From: the human T2T-CHM13v2.0 reference genome, Homo sapiens
NCBI RefSeq assembly: GCF_009914755.1
Contig: NC_060933.1
DNA length: 64,000 nucleotides
Reading direction: 5' to 3' (one strand)
Shown here in pieces: positions 13,346-27,800 of this stretch. Each line of letters starts with the position of its first letter. The first letter of the stretch is position 1. The notes below the pieces were generated by a model. That model saw nothing but the letters and a program-made list of their open reading frames with translations, had not been told where the DNA came from and ran no database searches. A program made the translations under genes and the position numbers.

Positions 13346-16300
13346 TGGAATGGAATGGAACGGAATGGAATGGAATGGAATGGAATCAACTCGATTGCAA
13401 TGGAATGGAATGGAATGGAATGGAATGGAATGGAATGGAATGGAATGGAATGGAATTAACCCGAATAGAATGGAATGGAATGGAATGGAATGGAATGGAA
13501 TGGAATGGAAGGGAATGGAATGTAATGGAATGGAATGGAATTAACCCGAATAGAATGGAATGGAACGGAAAGGAAGGGAAAGGAATGGAATGTAATCAAC
13601 TCGAGTGCAGGGGAAAGCAATGCAATGGAATGAAATGGAATGGAGTCATACGGAATGGAAGGGAATGGAATGGAATCAACCAGAGTGCAATGGAATGGAG
13701 TGGAATGGAATGGAATAGAATGGAAACAACACGAATGGAATAGAATGTATTGGAGTGTAAGGGAATTGAATAGAATCAATCCGAATGTAATTGAATAGAA
13801 CGGAAAGGAATGGAATGGAATGGAATGGAATGGAATGGAATGAAACGGAATGGCATGGAATGGAATGGAATCAACCCGAGTTCAATGGAATTGAATGGAA
13901 TGGAATGGAATGGAATGGAATGGAATGGAATGGAATGGAATTAACCCTACTAGAATGGAATGGAATGGAATGGAATGGAATAGAATGGAATGGAATGGAA
14001 TGGAATAGAATGGAATGGAAGGGAATGGAATGGAATGGAATGGAATGGAATTAACCCGAATAGAATGGAATGGAATGGAATGGAATGGAATGGAATGGAA
14101 TGGAATGGAATGGAATGGAATCAACTCGATTTCAATGGAATGGAATGGAATGGAATGAAATGCAATGGAAGGGAATGGAATGGAATGGAATGAAATTAAC
14201 CCGAATAGAATGGAATGGAATGGAATGGAATGGAATGGAATGGAATGGAATAGAATGGAATCCACCCGAGTGCAGGGGAATGGAATGGAATGGAATGCAA
14301 TGGAATGGAATCATACGGAATGGAATGGAATGGAATGGAATGCAATGGAATGGAATGGAATCAACCCGATTGCAATGGAATGGAGTGGAATGGAATGGAA
14401 TGGAATGGAAACAACCCGAATGGAATGGAATGTAATGGAGAGTAAGGGAATTGAATAGAATCAATACGAATGTAATGGAATGGAATGGAACGGAATGGAA
14501 TGCAATGGAATGGAATGGAATGCAATGGAATGGGATCAACCCGAGTGAAATGGAATGGAATCGAAAGGAATGGAATGGAATGGAATGGTTTCAACCCGAA
14601 CGAAATGGAAAGGAATGGAATCAACCCGAGTGGAATGGAATGGAATGGAATGGAATGGAATGGAATGGAATGGGTTCAACTCGAATGGAATGGAAAGGAA
14701 TGGAATCAACCCGAGTGGAATGGCATGGAATGGAATGGAATGGAATGGAATGGAATGGAAGGGAATGGAATGGAATGGAATTAACCTGAACAGAATGGAA
14801 GGGAATGGAATGGAACGGAACGGAATGGAATGCAATGGAATGGAATGGAATGGAATGGAACGAAATGGAATGGAATGAAATGGAATGGAATGGAATGGAA
14901 TTAACCCGAATAGAATGAAAAGGAATGGAATGGAATGGAATGGAATGGAATGGAATGGAATGGAATGGAATGGAATGGAACGGAATAGAATGGAATGGAA
15001 CGAAATGGAATGGAATGAAATGGAATGGAATGGAATGGAATGGAATGGAATGGAATCAACCCGAGTGCAGGGGAATGGAATGGAATTGAAGGCAATGGAA
15101 TGGAATCATATGGAATTGAATGGAATGGAATGGAATCAACTCGATTGCAATGGAATGGAATGGAATGGAATGGAATGGAATGGAATGGAATGGAATTAAC
15201 CCGAATAGAATGGAATTGAATGGAATGGAATGGATTGGAAGTAAATGGAATGGAATGTAATGAACCCGAGGGCAGGGGAATGGAATGGAATGGAATGCAA
15301 TGGAATTGAGTCATCCGGAATGGAACAGAAAGGAATGGAATGGAATCAACCCGTGTGCAATGGAATGGAAAGGAATGGAATGGAATGGAATGGAATGGAA
15401 AGGATTCAAACCGAATGGAATGGAAAGGAAGGGAATCAACCCAAGTGGAATGGCATGGAATGGAATGGAATGGAATGGAACGGAATGGTACCGAATAGAA
15501 TGGAATGGAACGAAATGGAATAGAATGGAATGGAATGGTATGGAAACAACCCGAATGGAATGGAATGAAATGGACTGTAAGGGAATTGAATACAATCAAT
15601 CCGAATGTAATGGAATGGAATGGAACGGAATGGAATGGAATGGAATGGAATGCAGTGGAATGGAATCAAACCTAGTGCAATGGAATGGAATGGAATGGAA
15701 TGGAATGGAATGGAATGGAATGGAATGGAATGGATTCAACCCAAATGGAATGGAAAGCAATGGAATCAACGTGAGTGGAATGGCATGGAATGGAATGGAA
15801 CGGAATGGAATGGAATGGAATGGAATGGAATGGAATGGTACGGAATAGAATGGAATGGAACGAAATGGAATGGAATGGAATGGAATGGAACCGAAAGGAA
15901 TGGAATCAACTCGATTGCAATGGAATGCAATGGAATGGAATGGAATGCAATTAAAGCGAATAGAATGGAATGGAATGGAACGGAATGGAATGGAATGGAA
16001 TGGAATGGAATCGAATGGAATCAACCTGAGTACAGGGGAATGGAATGGAATGGAATGCAATGGAATGTAATGGAATGGAATGCAATGGAAACAACTCGAT
16101 TGCAATGGAATGGAATGGAATGGAATGGAAGGGAAAGGAATGGAATGGAATTAACCTGAACAGAATGGAATGGAATGGAATGGAACGGAATGGAATGGAA
16201 TGGATTCAAACCGAATGGAATGGAAAGGAATGGAATAAACCCGAGTGGAATGCCATGGAATGGAATGGAATGGAATGGAATGGTACGGAATAGAATGGAA

Positions 16301-16970
16301 TGGAACGAAATGGAATGGAATGGAATGGAATGGAATGGAATGCAATCAACCTGAGTGCAATGGAATGGAATGGAATGGAATGGAACGGAATGGAAACAAC
16401 CCGAATGGAATGTAATGTAATGGAGTGTAAGGAATTGAATACAATCAATCCGAATGTAATGGAACGGAATGGAACGGAATGGAATGGAATGGAATGCAGT
16501 GGAATGGAATCAAACCTAGTGCAATGGAATGGAATGGAATGGAATGGAATGCAATGGAATGGATTGGATTCAACCCAAATGGAATGGAAAGCAATAGAAT
16601 CAACCCGAGTGGAATGGCATGGAATGGAATGGAATGGAATGGAATGGAATGGAATGGAATGGAATGGAATGGTACGGAATAGAATGGAATGGATCGAAAT
16701 GGAATGGAATGGAACGGAATGGAACGGAATGGAATGGAATCAACTCGATTGCAATGGAATGTAATGGAATGGAATGGAATGGAATGGAATGGAATTAACG
16801 CGAATAGAATGGAATGGAAAGGAATGGGATGGAATGGAATCAATCTGAGTACAGGGGAATGGAATGGAATGGAATGCAATGGAATGGAATGGAATGGAAT
16901 GGAATGCAATGGAATGGAATGGAATGGAATGGAATGCAATGGAATGGAATGGAATGGAATGGAATGGAAA

Positions 16971-17005
16971 GGAACGGAACGGAACGGAACGGAACGGAAC
17001 GGAAC
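16971..17005 (+). repeat. (GGAAC)7 variant-pentamer run at the domain A/B boundary
   Basis: Seven consecutive GGAAC units, the longest such run I saw in the window. Confidence 0.85.
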
Positions 17006-20000
17006 GGAATGGAATGGAATGGAATGGAATTGTATGGAATGGAATGGAATGGTACGGAATAGAATGGAATGGAAAGAATTGGAATGGAATGGAATCGAAT
17101 GGAATGGAATGGAATGGAATGGAATCAACCCGAGTGCAGGGGAATGTAATGGAACGGAATGTAATGGAATGGAGTCATCTGGAATGGAATGGAATGGAAT
17201 GGAATGGAGTGGAATGGAATGGAATGGAATGGAATCAAGCTGAGTGCAATGGAATGGAGTGGAATGGAATGGAATGAAATGGAACAACCCGAATGGAATG
17301 GAATGTAATGGAGAGTAAGGGAGTTGAATAGAATCAATCCGAATGTAATGGAATGGAATGGAACGGAATGGAATTGAATGGAATGGAATGGAATGCAATG
17401 GAATGGTATCAACCCGAGTGCAATGGAATGGAGAGGAATGGAATGGAATGGAATGGAAACTACCCGAATGGAATGGAATGTAATGGAGTGTAAGGGAATT
17501 GAATAGTATCAATCCGAATGTAATGGAATGGAATGGAACGGAATGTAATGGAATGGAATGGAATGGAATGGAATGGAATGGAATCGTTCCGAGGGGAATA
17601 GGAGAGAATGTATTCGAGTGGAATGGAAAGGAATGGAATCAACCAGAGTGGAATGGAAGGGAATGGAATGGAATGAAAACTAATAGATTAGATTGGAATC
17701 AACCCGAATGGAATGGAATGGAAAGGACTGAAATGGAATGGAATGGAATGGAATGGAATCAACTCGATTGTAATGGAATGGAATGGAATGGAATGGAACG
17801 GAATGGAATGGAATGGAACGGAATGGGTTCAACCCGAGTGCACGGGAATGGAATGGAATGGAATGCAATGGAATGGAATCATCCGGAATGGAATGGAATG
17901 CAAAGCAATGGAATCAACTCGATTGCAATGGAAAGGAATGGAATGGAAAGGAATAGAATGGAATCAACCTGATTGGAATGGAATGGAAAGGACTGGAATA
18001 GAGTGGAATGGAATGGAATGGAATGGAATGCAATGGAATGGTATGGAATGGAATGGAATGGTACGGAATAGAATGGAATGGAACGAATTGTAATGGAATG
18101 GAATTCAATGGAATGGAATGGAATGGAATGGAATCAACGAGAGTGCAGGGGAATGTAATGGAACGGAATGCAATGGAATGGAATCATCCGGAATGGAATG
18201 GAATGGAATGGAATGGAATGGAATGGAATCAACCCGAGTGCAATGGAATGGAGTGGAATGGAATGGAATGGAATGGAACAACCCGAATGGAATGGAATGT
18301 AATGGAGAGTAAGGGAGTTGAATAGAATCAATCAGAATGTAATGGAATGGAATGCAACGGAATGGAATGGAATGGAATGGAATGGAATGCAATGGAATGG
18401 AATCAACCCGAGTACAATGGAATGGAATGGGATGGAATGGAATGCCATCAAACCGAATGGAATGGAAAGGAATGGAATCAACACGAGTGGAATGGAATGG
18501 AATGGAATGGAATGGAATGGAATGGAATGATACGGAATAGGATGGAATGGAACGAAATGGAATGGAATGGAATGGACTGGAATGGAATGGAATGGAATGG
18601 AATCGTTCCGAGTGGAATAGGAGGGAATGTATTCGAGTAGAATGGAAAGGAATGGAATCAACCAGAGTGGAATGGAAGGGAATGGAATGGAATGGAAACT
18701 AATAGAATGGAATCAACCCTAGTGGAATGGAATGGAAAGGCCTGGAATGGAAAGGAATGGAATGGAATGGAATGGAATGGAATGGAATCAACGCGAGTAC
18801 AGGAGAATGGAATGGAATCGAATGGCATGGAATGGAATGGAATCAACCCGAGTGCAGGGGAATGTAATGGAACGGAATGCAATGGAAAGGAATCATCCGG
18901 AATGGAATGGAATGGAATGGAATGGAATCAACCCGAGTGCAATGGAATGGAGTGGAATGGAATGGAATGGAATGGAACAACCCGAATGGAATGGAATGTA
19001 ATGGAGAGTAAGGGAGTTGAAAAGAATCAATCCGAATGTAATGGAATGGAATGGAACGGAATGGAATGGAATGGAATGGAATGGAATGGAATGCAATGGA
19101 AAGGAATCAACCCGAGTACAATGGAATGGAATGGAATGGAATGGAATGGAACGGAATGGAATGGAATGGAATGGAATGGAATGGAATCTTCCGTAATGGA
19201 ATGGAATGGAATGGAATGGAATGCAATGGATTCAACTCGATTGCAATGGAATGGAATAGAATGGAATGGAATGGAATGGAATGGAATGGAATGGAATGGA
19301 ATTTAACCGAATAGAATGGAATGGAATGGAATGGAATGGAACGGAACGGAACGGAACGGAACGGAGTGGAATGGAATGGAATGGAATTGTATGGAATGGA
19401 ATGGAATGGTACGGAATAGAATGGAATGGAATGAATTGGAATGGAATGGAATGGAATGGAATGGAATGGAATGGAATGGAATCAACCCGAGTGCAATGGA
19501 ATGGAGTGGAATGGAATGGAATGGAATGGAAAAACCCGAATGGAATGGAATGTAATGGAGAGTAAGGGAGTTGAATAGAATCAATACGAATGTAATGGAA
19601 TGGAAAGGAATGGAATGGAATGGAATGGAATGGAATGGAATGGAATGGAATGCAATGGAATGGAATCAACCAGAGTACTATGGAACGGAATGGAATGCAA
19701 TGGAATGGAATGGAATGGAATGGAATGGAATGGAATGGAATCAACCCGAGTGCAATGGAATGGAGAGGAATGGAATGGAATGGAATGGAAACTACCCGAA
19801 TGGAATGGAATGTAATGGAGTGTAAGGGAATTGAATAGAATCAATCCGAATGGAATGGAATGGAATGGAACGGAATGTAATGGAATGGAATGGAATGGAA
19901 TCAACCCGAGTGCAGGGGAATGGAATGGAATGGAATGCAATGGAATGGAATCATCCGGAATGGAATGGAATGGAATGCAATGGAATGGAATCAACCCGAG

Positions 20001-21214
20001 TAGAATGGAATGGAATGGAATGGAATGGAATGGAATGTCTTCAAACCGAATGGAATGGAAAGGAATGTAATCAACACGAGTGGAATGGAATGGAATGGAA
20101 TGGAATGGAATGGAATGATACGGAATAGAATGGAATGGAACGAAATGGAATCGAATGGAATGGAATGGAATGGAATGGAATGGAATCGTTCCGAGTGGAA
20201 TAGGAGGGAATGTATTCGAGAGGAATGGAAAGGAATGGAATCAGCAGAGTGGAATGGAAGGGAATGGAATGGAATGGAAACTAATAGAATGGAATCAACC
20301 CGAGTGGAATGGAATGGAAAGGACTACAATGGAATGGAATGGAATGGAATGGAATCAACTCGATTGTAATGGAATGGAATGGAATGGAATGGAATGGAAT
20401 GGAATTAACCCGAATACAATGGAATGGAATGGAATGGAATGGAATGGAGTGGAATGGAATGGAATCAACCCGAGTGCAGGGGAATGGAATGGAATGGAAT
20501 GCAATGCAATGGAATCATCCGGAATGGAATGGAATGGAATGGAATGCAAAGCAATGGAATCAACTCGATTGCAATGGAATGGAATGGAATGGAAAGGAAT
20601 ACATTGGAATCACCCCGAGTGGAATGGAATGGAAAGGACTGGAATGGAGTGGAATGGAATGGAATGAAATGGAATGGAATCAACTCGATTGGAATGGAAT
20701 GGAATGGAATGGAATGGAATGGAATTAACCCGAATAGAATGGAATGGAATGTAATGGAACGGAACGGAACGGAACGGAATGAAATGGAATGGAATGGAAT
20801 GGAATGGAATGGAATCAACCCGACTGCAGGGGAATGGAATGGAATGGAAAGCAATGGAATAGATTCAACTTGAATGGAATGGAAAGAATGGAATCAATAC
20901 GAGTAGAATGGCATGGATTGGAATGGAATGGAATGGAATCAACCCGAGTACAGGGGAAAGGAATGGAATGGAATGCAAAGGAATGGAATCATCCGTAATG
21001 GAATGAAAAGGAATGGAATGGAATGGAATGGAATGGAATGGAATGGAATGGAATGGAATCAACTCGATTGCAATTGAATGGAATGGAATGGAATTAACCC
21101 GAATAGAATGGAATGGAATGGAATGGAACGGAACGGAACGGAACGGAATGGAATGGAATGGAATGGAATGGAATGGAATGGAAAGGAATGGAATGGAATG
21201 GAATGGAATGGAAT

Positions 21215-21229
21215 GGAATCTTCCGGAAT
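21215..21229. promoter_or_regulatory. Canonical three-unit heat-shock element motif (first of ~25 copies in domain B); function untested
   Basis: gGAAtcTTCcgGAAt matches nGAAnnTTCnnGAAn exactly. This is a sequence match only. Confidence 0.5.
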
Positions 21230-21869
21230 GGAATGGAATGGAATGGAATGGAATGGAATGGAATTGAATGGAATAAACCCGAGTGCAATGGAATGGAGTG
21301 GAATGTAATGGAATGGAATGGAACAACCCGAATGGAATGGAATTTAATGGAGAGTAAGGGAGTTGAATAGAATCAATCCGAATGTAATGGAATGGAATGG
21401 AACGGAATGGAATTGAATGGAATGGAATGGAATGCAATGGAATGGAATCAACCCGAGTGCAATGGAATGGAGAGGAATAGAATGGAATGGAAACTACCCG
21501 AATGGAATGGAATGTAATGGAGTGTAAGGGAATTGAATAGAATCAATCCGAATGTAATGGAATGGAATGGAACGGAATGGAATGGAATGGAATGGAATGG
21601 AATGGAATGCAATGGAATGGAATCAACCCGAGTGCAATCGAATGGAATCGAATGGAATGGAATGCAATGGAATGGATTCAACTTGAGTGGAATGGAAAGA
21701 ATGGAATCAACACGAGTGGAATGGCATGGATTGGAATGGAATGGAATGGAATCAACCGGAGTACAGGGGAATGGAATGGAATGGAATGCAATGGAATGGA
21801 ATCATCCGTAATGGAATGGAAAGGAATGGAATGGAATGGAATGGAATGGAATGAAATGGAATGGAATCA

Positions 21870-21887
21870 ATTCGATTGCAATCGAAT
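21870..21887. repeat. 18 bp perfect palindrome ATTCGATTGCAATCGAAT (longest member of a recurrent 14 bp palindrome module)
   Basis: Self-reverse-complementary by direct reading. The core TCGATTGCAATCGA recurs throughout domain B. Confidence 0.85.
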
Positions 21888-24800
21888 GGCATGGAATGGA
21901 ATTAACCCGAATAGAATGGAATGGAATGGAATGGAACGGAACGGAATGGAATGGAATGGAATGGAATGGAACGGAACGGAACGGAACGGAATGGAATGGA
22001 ATGGAATGGAATGGAATGGAATCAACGCGAGTGCAGGGGAATGGAATGGAATGGAATGCAATGGAATGGAATCTTCCGGAATGGAATGGAATGGAATGTA
22101 ATGGAATGAAATGCAATGGATTCAACTCGATTAAAATGGAATGGAATAGAATGGAATGGAATGGAATGGAATTAACCCGAATAGAATGGAATGGAATGCA
22201 ATGGAACGGAATGGAACGGAATGGAATGGAATGGAATGCAATGGAAGGGTATGGAATGGAATGGAATGGTACGGAATAGAATGCAATGGAACGAATTGTA
22301 ATGGAATGGAATTGAATGGAATGGAATGGAATGGAATGGATTCAACGCGAGTGCAGGGGAATGTAAGGGAACGGAATGCAATGGAATGGAATCATCCGGA
22401 ATGGAATGGAATGGAATGGAATGGAATGGAATGGAATCAACCCGAGTGCAATAGAATGGAGTGGAATGGAATGGAATGGAATGGAACAACCCGAATGGAA
22501 TGGAATGTAATGGAGCGTAAGGGAGTTGAATAGAATCAATCCGAATGTAATGGAATGGAATGCAACGGAATGGAATGGAATGGAATGGAATGGAATGCAA
22601 TGGAATGGAATCAACCCGAGTACAATGGAATGGAATGGAATGGAATGAAATGGAATGGAATGGAATGGAATAGAATGCCTTTAAACCGAATGGAATGGAA
22701 AGGAATGGAATCAACACGAGTGGAATGGAATGGAATGGAATGGAATGGAATGGAATGGAATGATACGGAATAGAATGGAATGGAACGAAATGGAATGCAA
22801 TGGAATGGAATGTAAGGGAATGGAATGGAATGGAATCGTTCCGAGTGGAATAGGAGGGAATGTATTCGAGTGGAATGGAAAGGAATGGTATCAACCAGAG
22901 TGGAATGGAAGGGAATGGAATGGAATGGAAACTAATAGAATGGAATCAACCCGAGTGGAATGGAATGGAAAGGACTGGAATGGAATGGAATGGAATGGAA
23001 TCAACTCGATTGTAATGGAATGGAATGGAATGGAATGGAATGGAATGGAATGGAATTAACCCGAATACAATGGAATGGAATGGAATGGAACGGAATGGAG
23101 TGGAATGGAATGGAATCAACCCGAGTGCAGGGGAATGGAATGGAATGGAATGCTATGGAATGGAATCATCCGGAATGGAATGGAATGGAATGGAATGCAA
23201 AGCAATGGAACCAACTCGATTGCAATGGAATGGAATGGAATGGAAAGGAATACATTGGAATCAACCCGAGTGGAATGGAATGGAAAGGACTGGAATGGAG
23301 TGGAATGGAATGGAATGGAATGGAATGGAATCAACTCGATTGGAATGGAATGGAATGGAATGGAATGGAATTAACCCGAATAGAATGGAATGGAATGGAA
23401 TGGAACGGAACGGAATGCAATGGAATGTAATGTAATGGAATGGAATGGAATGGAATCAACCCGACTGCAGGGTAATGGAATGGAATGGAATGCAATGGAA
23501 TGGATTCAACTTGAATGGAATGGAAAGAATGGAATCAACACGAGTGGAATGGCATGGATTGGAATGGAATGGAATGGAATCAACCCGAGTACAGGGGAAT
23601 GGAATGGAATGGAATGCAATGGAATGGAATCATCCGTAATGGAATGGAAAGGAATGGAATGGAATGGAATAGAATGGAATGGAATCAACTCGATTGCAAT
23701 CGAATGGAATGGAATGGAATTAACCCGAATAGAATGGAATGGAATGGAATGGAACGCAACGGAACGGAATGGAATGGATTGGAATGGAATGGAATGGAAT
23801 GGAATGGAACGGAAAGGAATGGAATGGAATGGAATGGAATGGAATGGAATGGAATGGAATCAACGCGAGTGCAGGGGAATGGAATGGAATGGAATGCAAT
23901 GGAATGGAATCTTCCGGAATGGAATGGAATGGAATGGAATGGAATGGAATGGAATCAACCCGAGTGCAATGGAATGGAGTGGAATGGAATGGAATGGAAT
24001 GGAACAACCCGAAAGGAATCGAATGTAATGGAGAGTAAGGGAGTTGAATAGAATCAATCCGAATGTAATGGAATGGAATGGAACGGAATGCAATTGAATG
24101 GAATGGAATGGAATGCAATGGAATGGAATCCACCCGAGTGCAATGGAATGGAGAGGAATGGAATGGAATGGAATGGAAACTACCCGAATGGAATGGAATG
24201 TAATGGAGTGTAAGGGAATTGAATAGAATCAATCCGAATGTAATGGAATGGAATGGAACGGAATGGAATGGAATGGAATGGAATGGAATGGAATGGAATG
24301 CAATGCAATGGAATGGAATCAACCCGAGTACAATGGAATGGAATGGAATGGAATGGAATGGAATGGAATGGAATGCCTTCAAACCGAATGGAATGGAAAG
24401 GAATGGAATCAACACGAGTGGAATGGAATGGAATGGAATGGAATGGAATGGAATGATACGGAATAGAATGGAATGGAACGAAATGGAATGGAATGGAATG
24501 GAATGGAATGGAAAGGAATGGAATGGAATGGAATGGAATCGTTCCGAGTGGAATACGAGGGAATGTATTCGAGTGGAATGGAAAGGAATGGAATCAACCA
24601 GAGTGGAATGGAAGGGAATGGAATGGAATGGAAACAAATAGAATGGAATCAACCCGAGTGGAATGGAATGGAAAAGACTGGAATGGAAATGAATGGAATG
24701 GAATGGAATGGAATGGAATGGAATGGAATGGAATGGAATGGAATCAACGCGAGTGCAGGGGAATGGAATGGAATCGAATGGAATGGAATGGAATGGAATG

Positions 24801-27800
24801 GATTCAACCCGAGTGCAGGGGAATGTAATGGAACGGAATGCAATGGAATGGAATCATCCGGAATGGAATGGAATGGAATGGAATGGAATCAACCCGAGTG
24901 CAATGGAATTGAGTGGAATGGAATGGAATGGAATGGAACAACCCGAATGGAATGGAATGTAATGGAGAGTAAGGGAGTTGAAAAGAATCAATCCGAATGT
25001 AATGGAATGGAATGGAACGGAATGGAATGGAATGGAATGGAATGGAATGCAATGGAATGGAATCAACCCGAGTACAATGGAATGGAATGGGATGGAATGG
25101 AATGGAATGGAATGGAATGGAATGATACGGAATAGAATGGATTGGAACGAAATGGAATGGAATGGAATGGAATGGAATGGAATGGAATGGAATGGAATCG
25201 TTCCGAGTGGAATAGGAGGGAATGTATTCGAGTGGAATGGAAAGGAATGGAATCAACCAGAGTGGAATGGAAGGGAATGGAATGGAATGGAATCTAATAG
25301 AATGGAATCAACCCGAGAGGAATAGAATGGAAAGGACTGGAATGGAATGGAATGGAATGGAATCAACTCGATTGTAATGGAATGGAATGGAATGGAATGG
25401 AATGGAATGGAATTAACCCGAATACAATGCAATGGAATGGAATGGAACGGAATGGAGTGGAATGGAATGGAATCAACCCGAGTGCAGGGGAATGGAATGG
25501 AATGGAATGCAATGGAATGCAATCATCCGGAATGGAATGGAATGGAATGGAATGCAAAGCAATGGAATCAACTCGATTGCAATGGAATGGAATGGAATGG
25601 AAAGGAATACATTGGAATCAACCCGAGTGGAATGTAATGGAAAGGACTGGAATGGAGTGGAATGGAATGGAATGGAATGGAATGGAATCAACTCGATTGG
25701 AATGGAATGGAATGGAATGGAATGGAATGAAATGGAATTAACCCGAATAGAATGGAATGGAATGGAATGGAACGGAACGGAACGGAACGGAATGGAATGG
25801 AATGGAATGGAATGGAATGGAATGGAATGGAAACAACCCGACTGCAGGGGAATGGAATGGAATGGAATGCAAGGGAATGGATTCAACTTGAATGGAATGG
25901 AAAGAATGGAATCAACACGAGTGGAATGGCATGGATTGGAATGGAATGGAATGGAATCAACCCGAGTACAGGGGAATGGAATGGAATGGAACGCAATGGA
26001 ATGGAATCATCCGTAATGGAATGGAAAGGAATGGAATGGAATGGAATGGAATGGAATGGAATGGAATCAACTCGATTGCAATCGAATGGAATGGAATGGA
26101 ATTAACCCCAATAGAATGGAATGGAATGGAATGGAACGGAACGGAACGGAACGGAATGGATTGGAATGGAATGGAATGGAATGGAATTGAATGGAATGGA
26201 AAGGAAAGGAATGGAATGGAATGGAATGGAATGGAATGGAATGGAATGGAATGGAATGGAATCAACGCGAGAGCACGGGAATGGAATGGAATGGAATGCA
26301 ATGGAATGGAATCTTCCGGAATGGAATGGAATGGAATGGAATTGAATGGAATGCAATGGAATAAACCCGAGTGCAATGGAATGGAGTGGAATGGAATGGA
26401 ATGGAATGGAACAACCCGAATGGAATGGAATGTAATGGAGAGTAAGGGAGTTGAATAGAATAAATCCGAATGTAATGGAATGGAATGGAACGGAATGGAA
26501 TTGAATGGAATGGAATGGAATGCAATGGAATGGAATCAACCCGAGTTCAATGGAATAGAGAGGAATGGAATGGAATGGAATGGAAACTACCCGAATGGAA
26601 TGGAATGTAATGGAGTGTAAGGGAATTGAATAGAATCAATCCGAATGTAATGGAATGGAATGGAAAGGAATGGAATGGAGTGGAATGGAATGGAATGGAA
26701 TGGAATGGAATGCAATGGAATGGAATCAACCCGAGTGCAACCGAATGGAATCGAATGGAATGGAATGCAATGGAATGGATTCAACTTAAATGGAATGGAA
26801 AGAATGGAATCAACACGAGTGGAATTGCATGGATTGGAATGGAATGGAATGGAATCAACCCGAGTACAGGGGAATGGAATGGAATGGAATGCAATGGAAT
26901 GGAATCATCCGTAATGGAATGGAAAGGAATGGAATGGAATGGAATGGAATGGAATGGAATGGAATGGAATGGAATCAACTCGACTGCAATCGAATGGAAT
27001 GGAATGGAATTAACCCGAATAGAAAGGAGTGGAATGGAATGGAACGGAACGGAATGGCATGGAATGGAATGGAATGGAACGGAAAGGAAGGGAATGGAAT
27101 GGAATATAATGGAATGGAATCAACTCGATTGCAATGGAATGGAATGGAATGGAATTAACCCGAATAGAATGGAATGGAATGGAATGGAACGGAACGGAAC
27201 GGAATGGAATGGATTGGAATGGAATGGAATGGAATGGAATGGAACGGAAAGGAATGGAATGGAATGGAATGGAATGGAATGGAATGGAATGGAATCAACG
27301 CGAGTGCAGGGGAATGGAATGGAATGGAATGCAATGGAATGGAATCTTCCGGAATGGAATGGAATGGAATGGAATGGAATCAAACCGAGTGCAATGGAAT
27401 GGAGTGGAATGGAATGGAATGGAATGGAACAACCCGAAAGGAATCGAATGTAATGGAGAGTAAGGGAGTTGAATAGAATCAATCCGAATGTAACGGAATG
27501 GAATGGAACGGAATGGAATTGAATGGAATGGAATGGAATGCAGTGGAATGGAATCAACCCGAGTGCAATGGAATGGAGAGGAATGGAATGGAATGGAATG
27601 GAAACTACCCGAATGGAATGGAATGTAATGGAGTGTAAGGGAATTGAATAGAATCAATCCGAATGTAATGGAATGGAATGGAACGGAATGGAATGGAATG
27701 GAATGGAATGGAATGGAATGGAATGATACAGAATAGAATGGAATGGAAAGAAATGGAATGGAATGGAATGGAATGGAATGGAATGGAATGGAATGGAATG

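Larger units (their letters stand above)
1..16950 (+). repeat. HSat3 sequence domain A
   Basis: Characteristic modules: GGATTCAACCCGAATGGAATGGAAAGGAATGGAATAAACCCGAG, GAACCCGTGTGCAA/GAACCCGTGAGCAA, CAAACCTAGTGCAA, TTAACCTGAACAG and GGAAAGTACCCGA. I did not see these after ~17 kb. The boundary is approximate. Confidence 0.75.
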
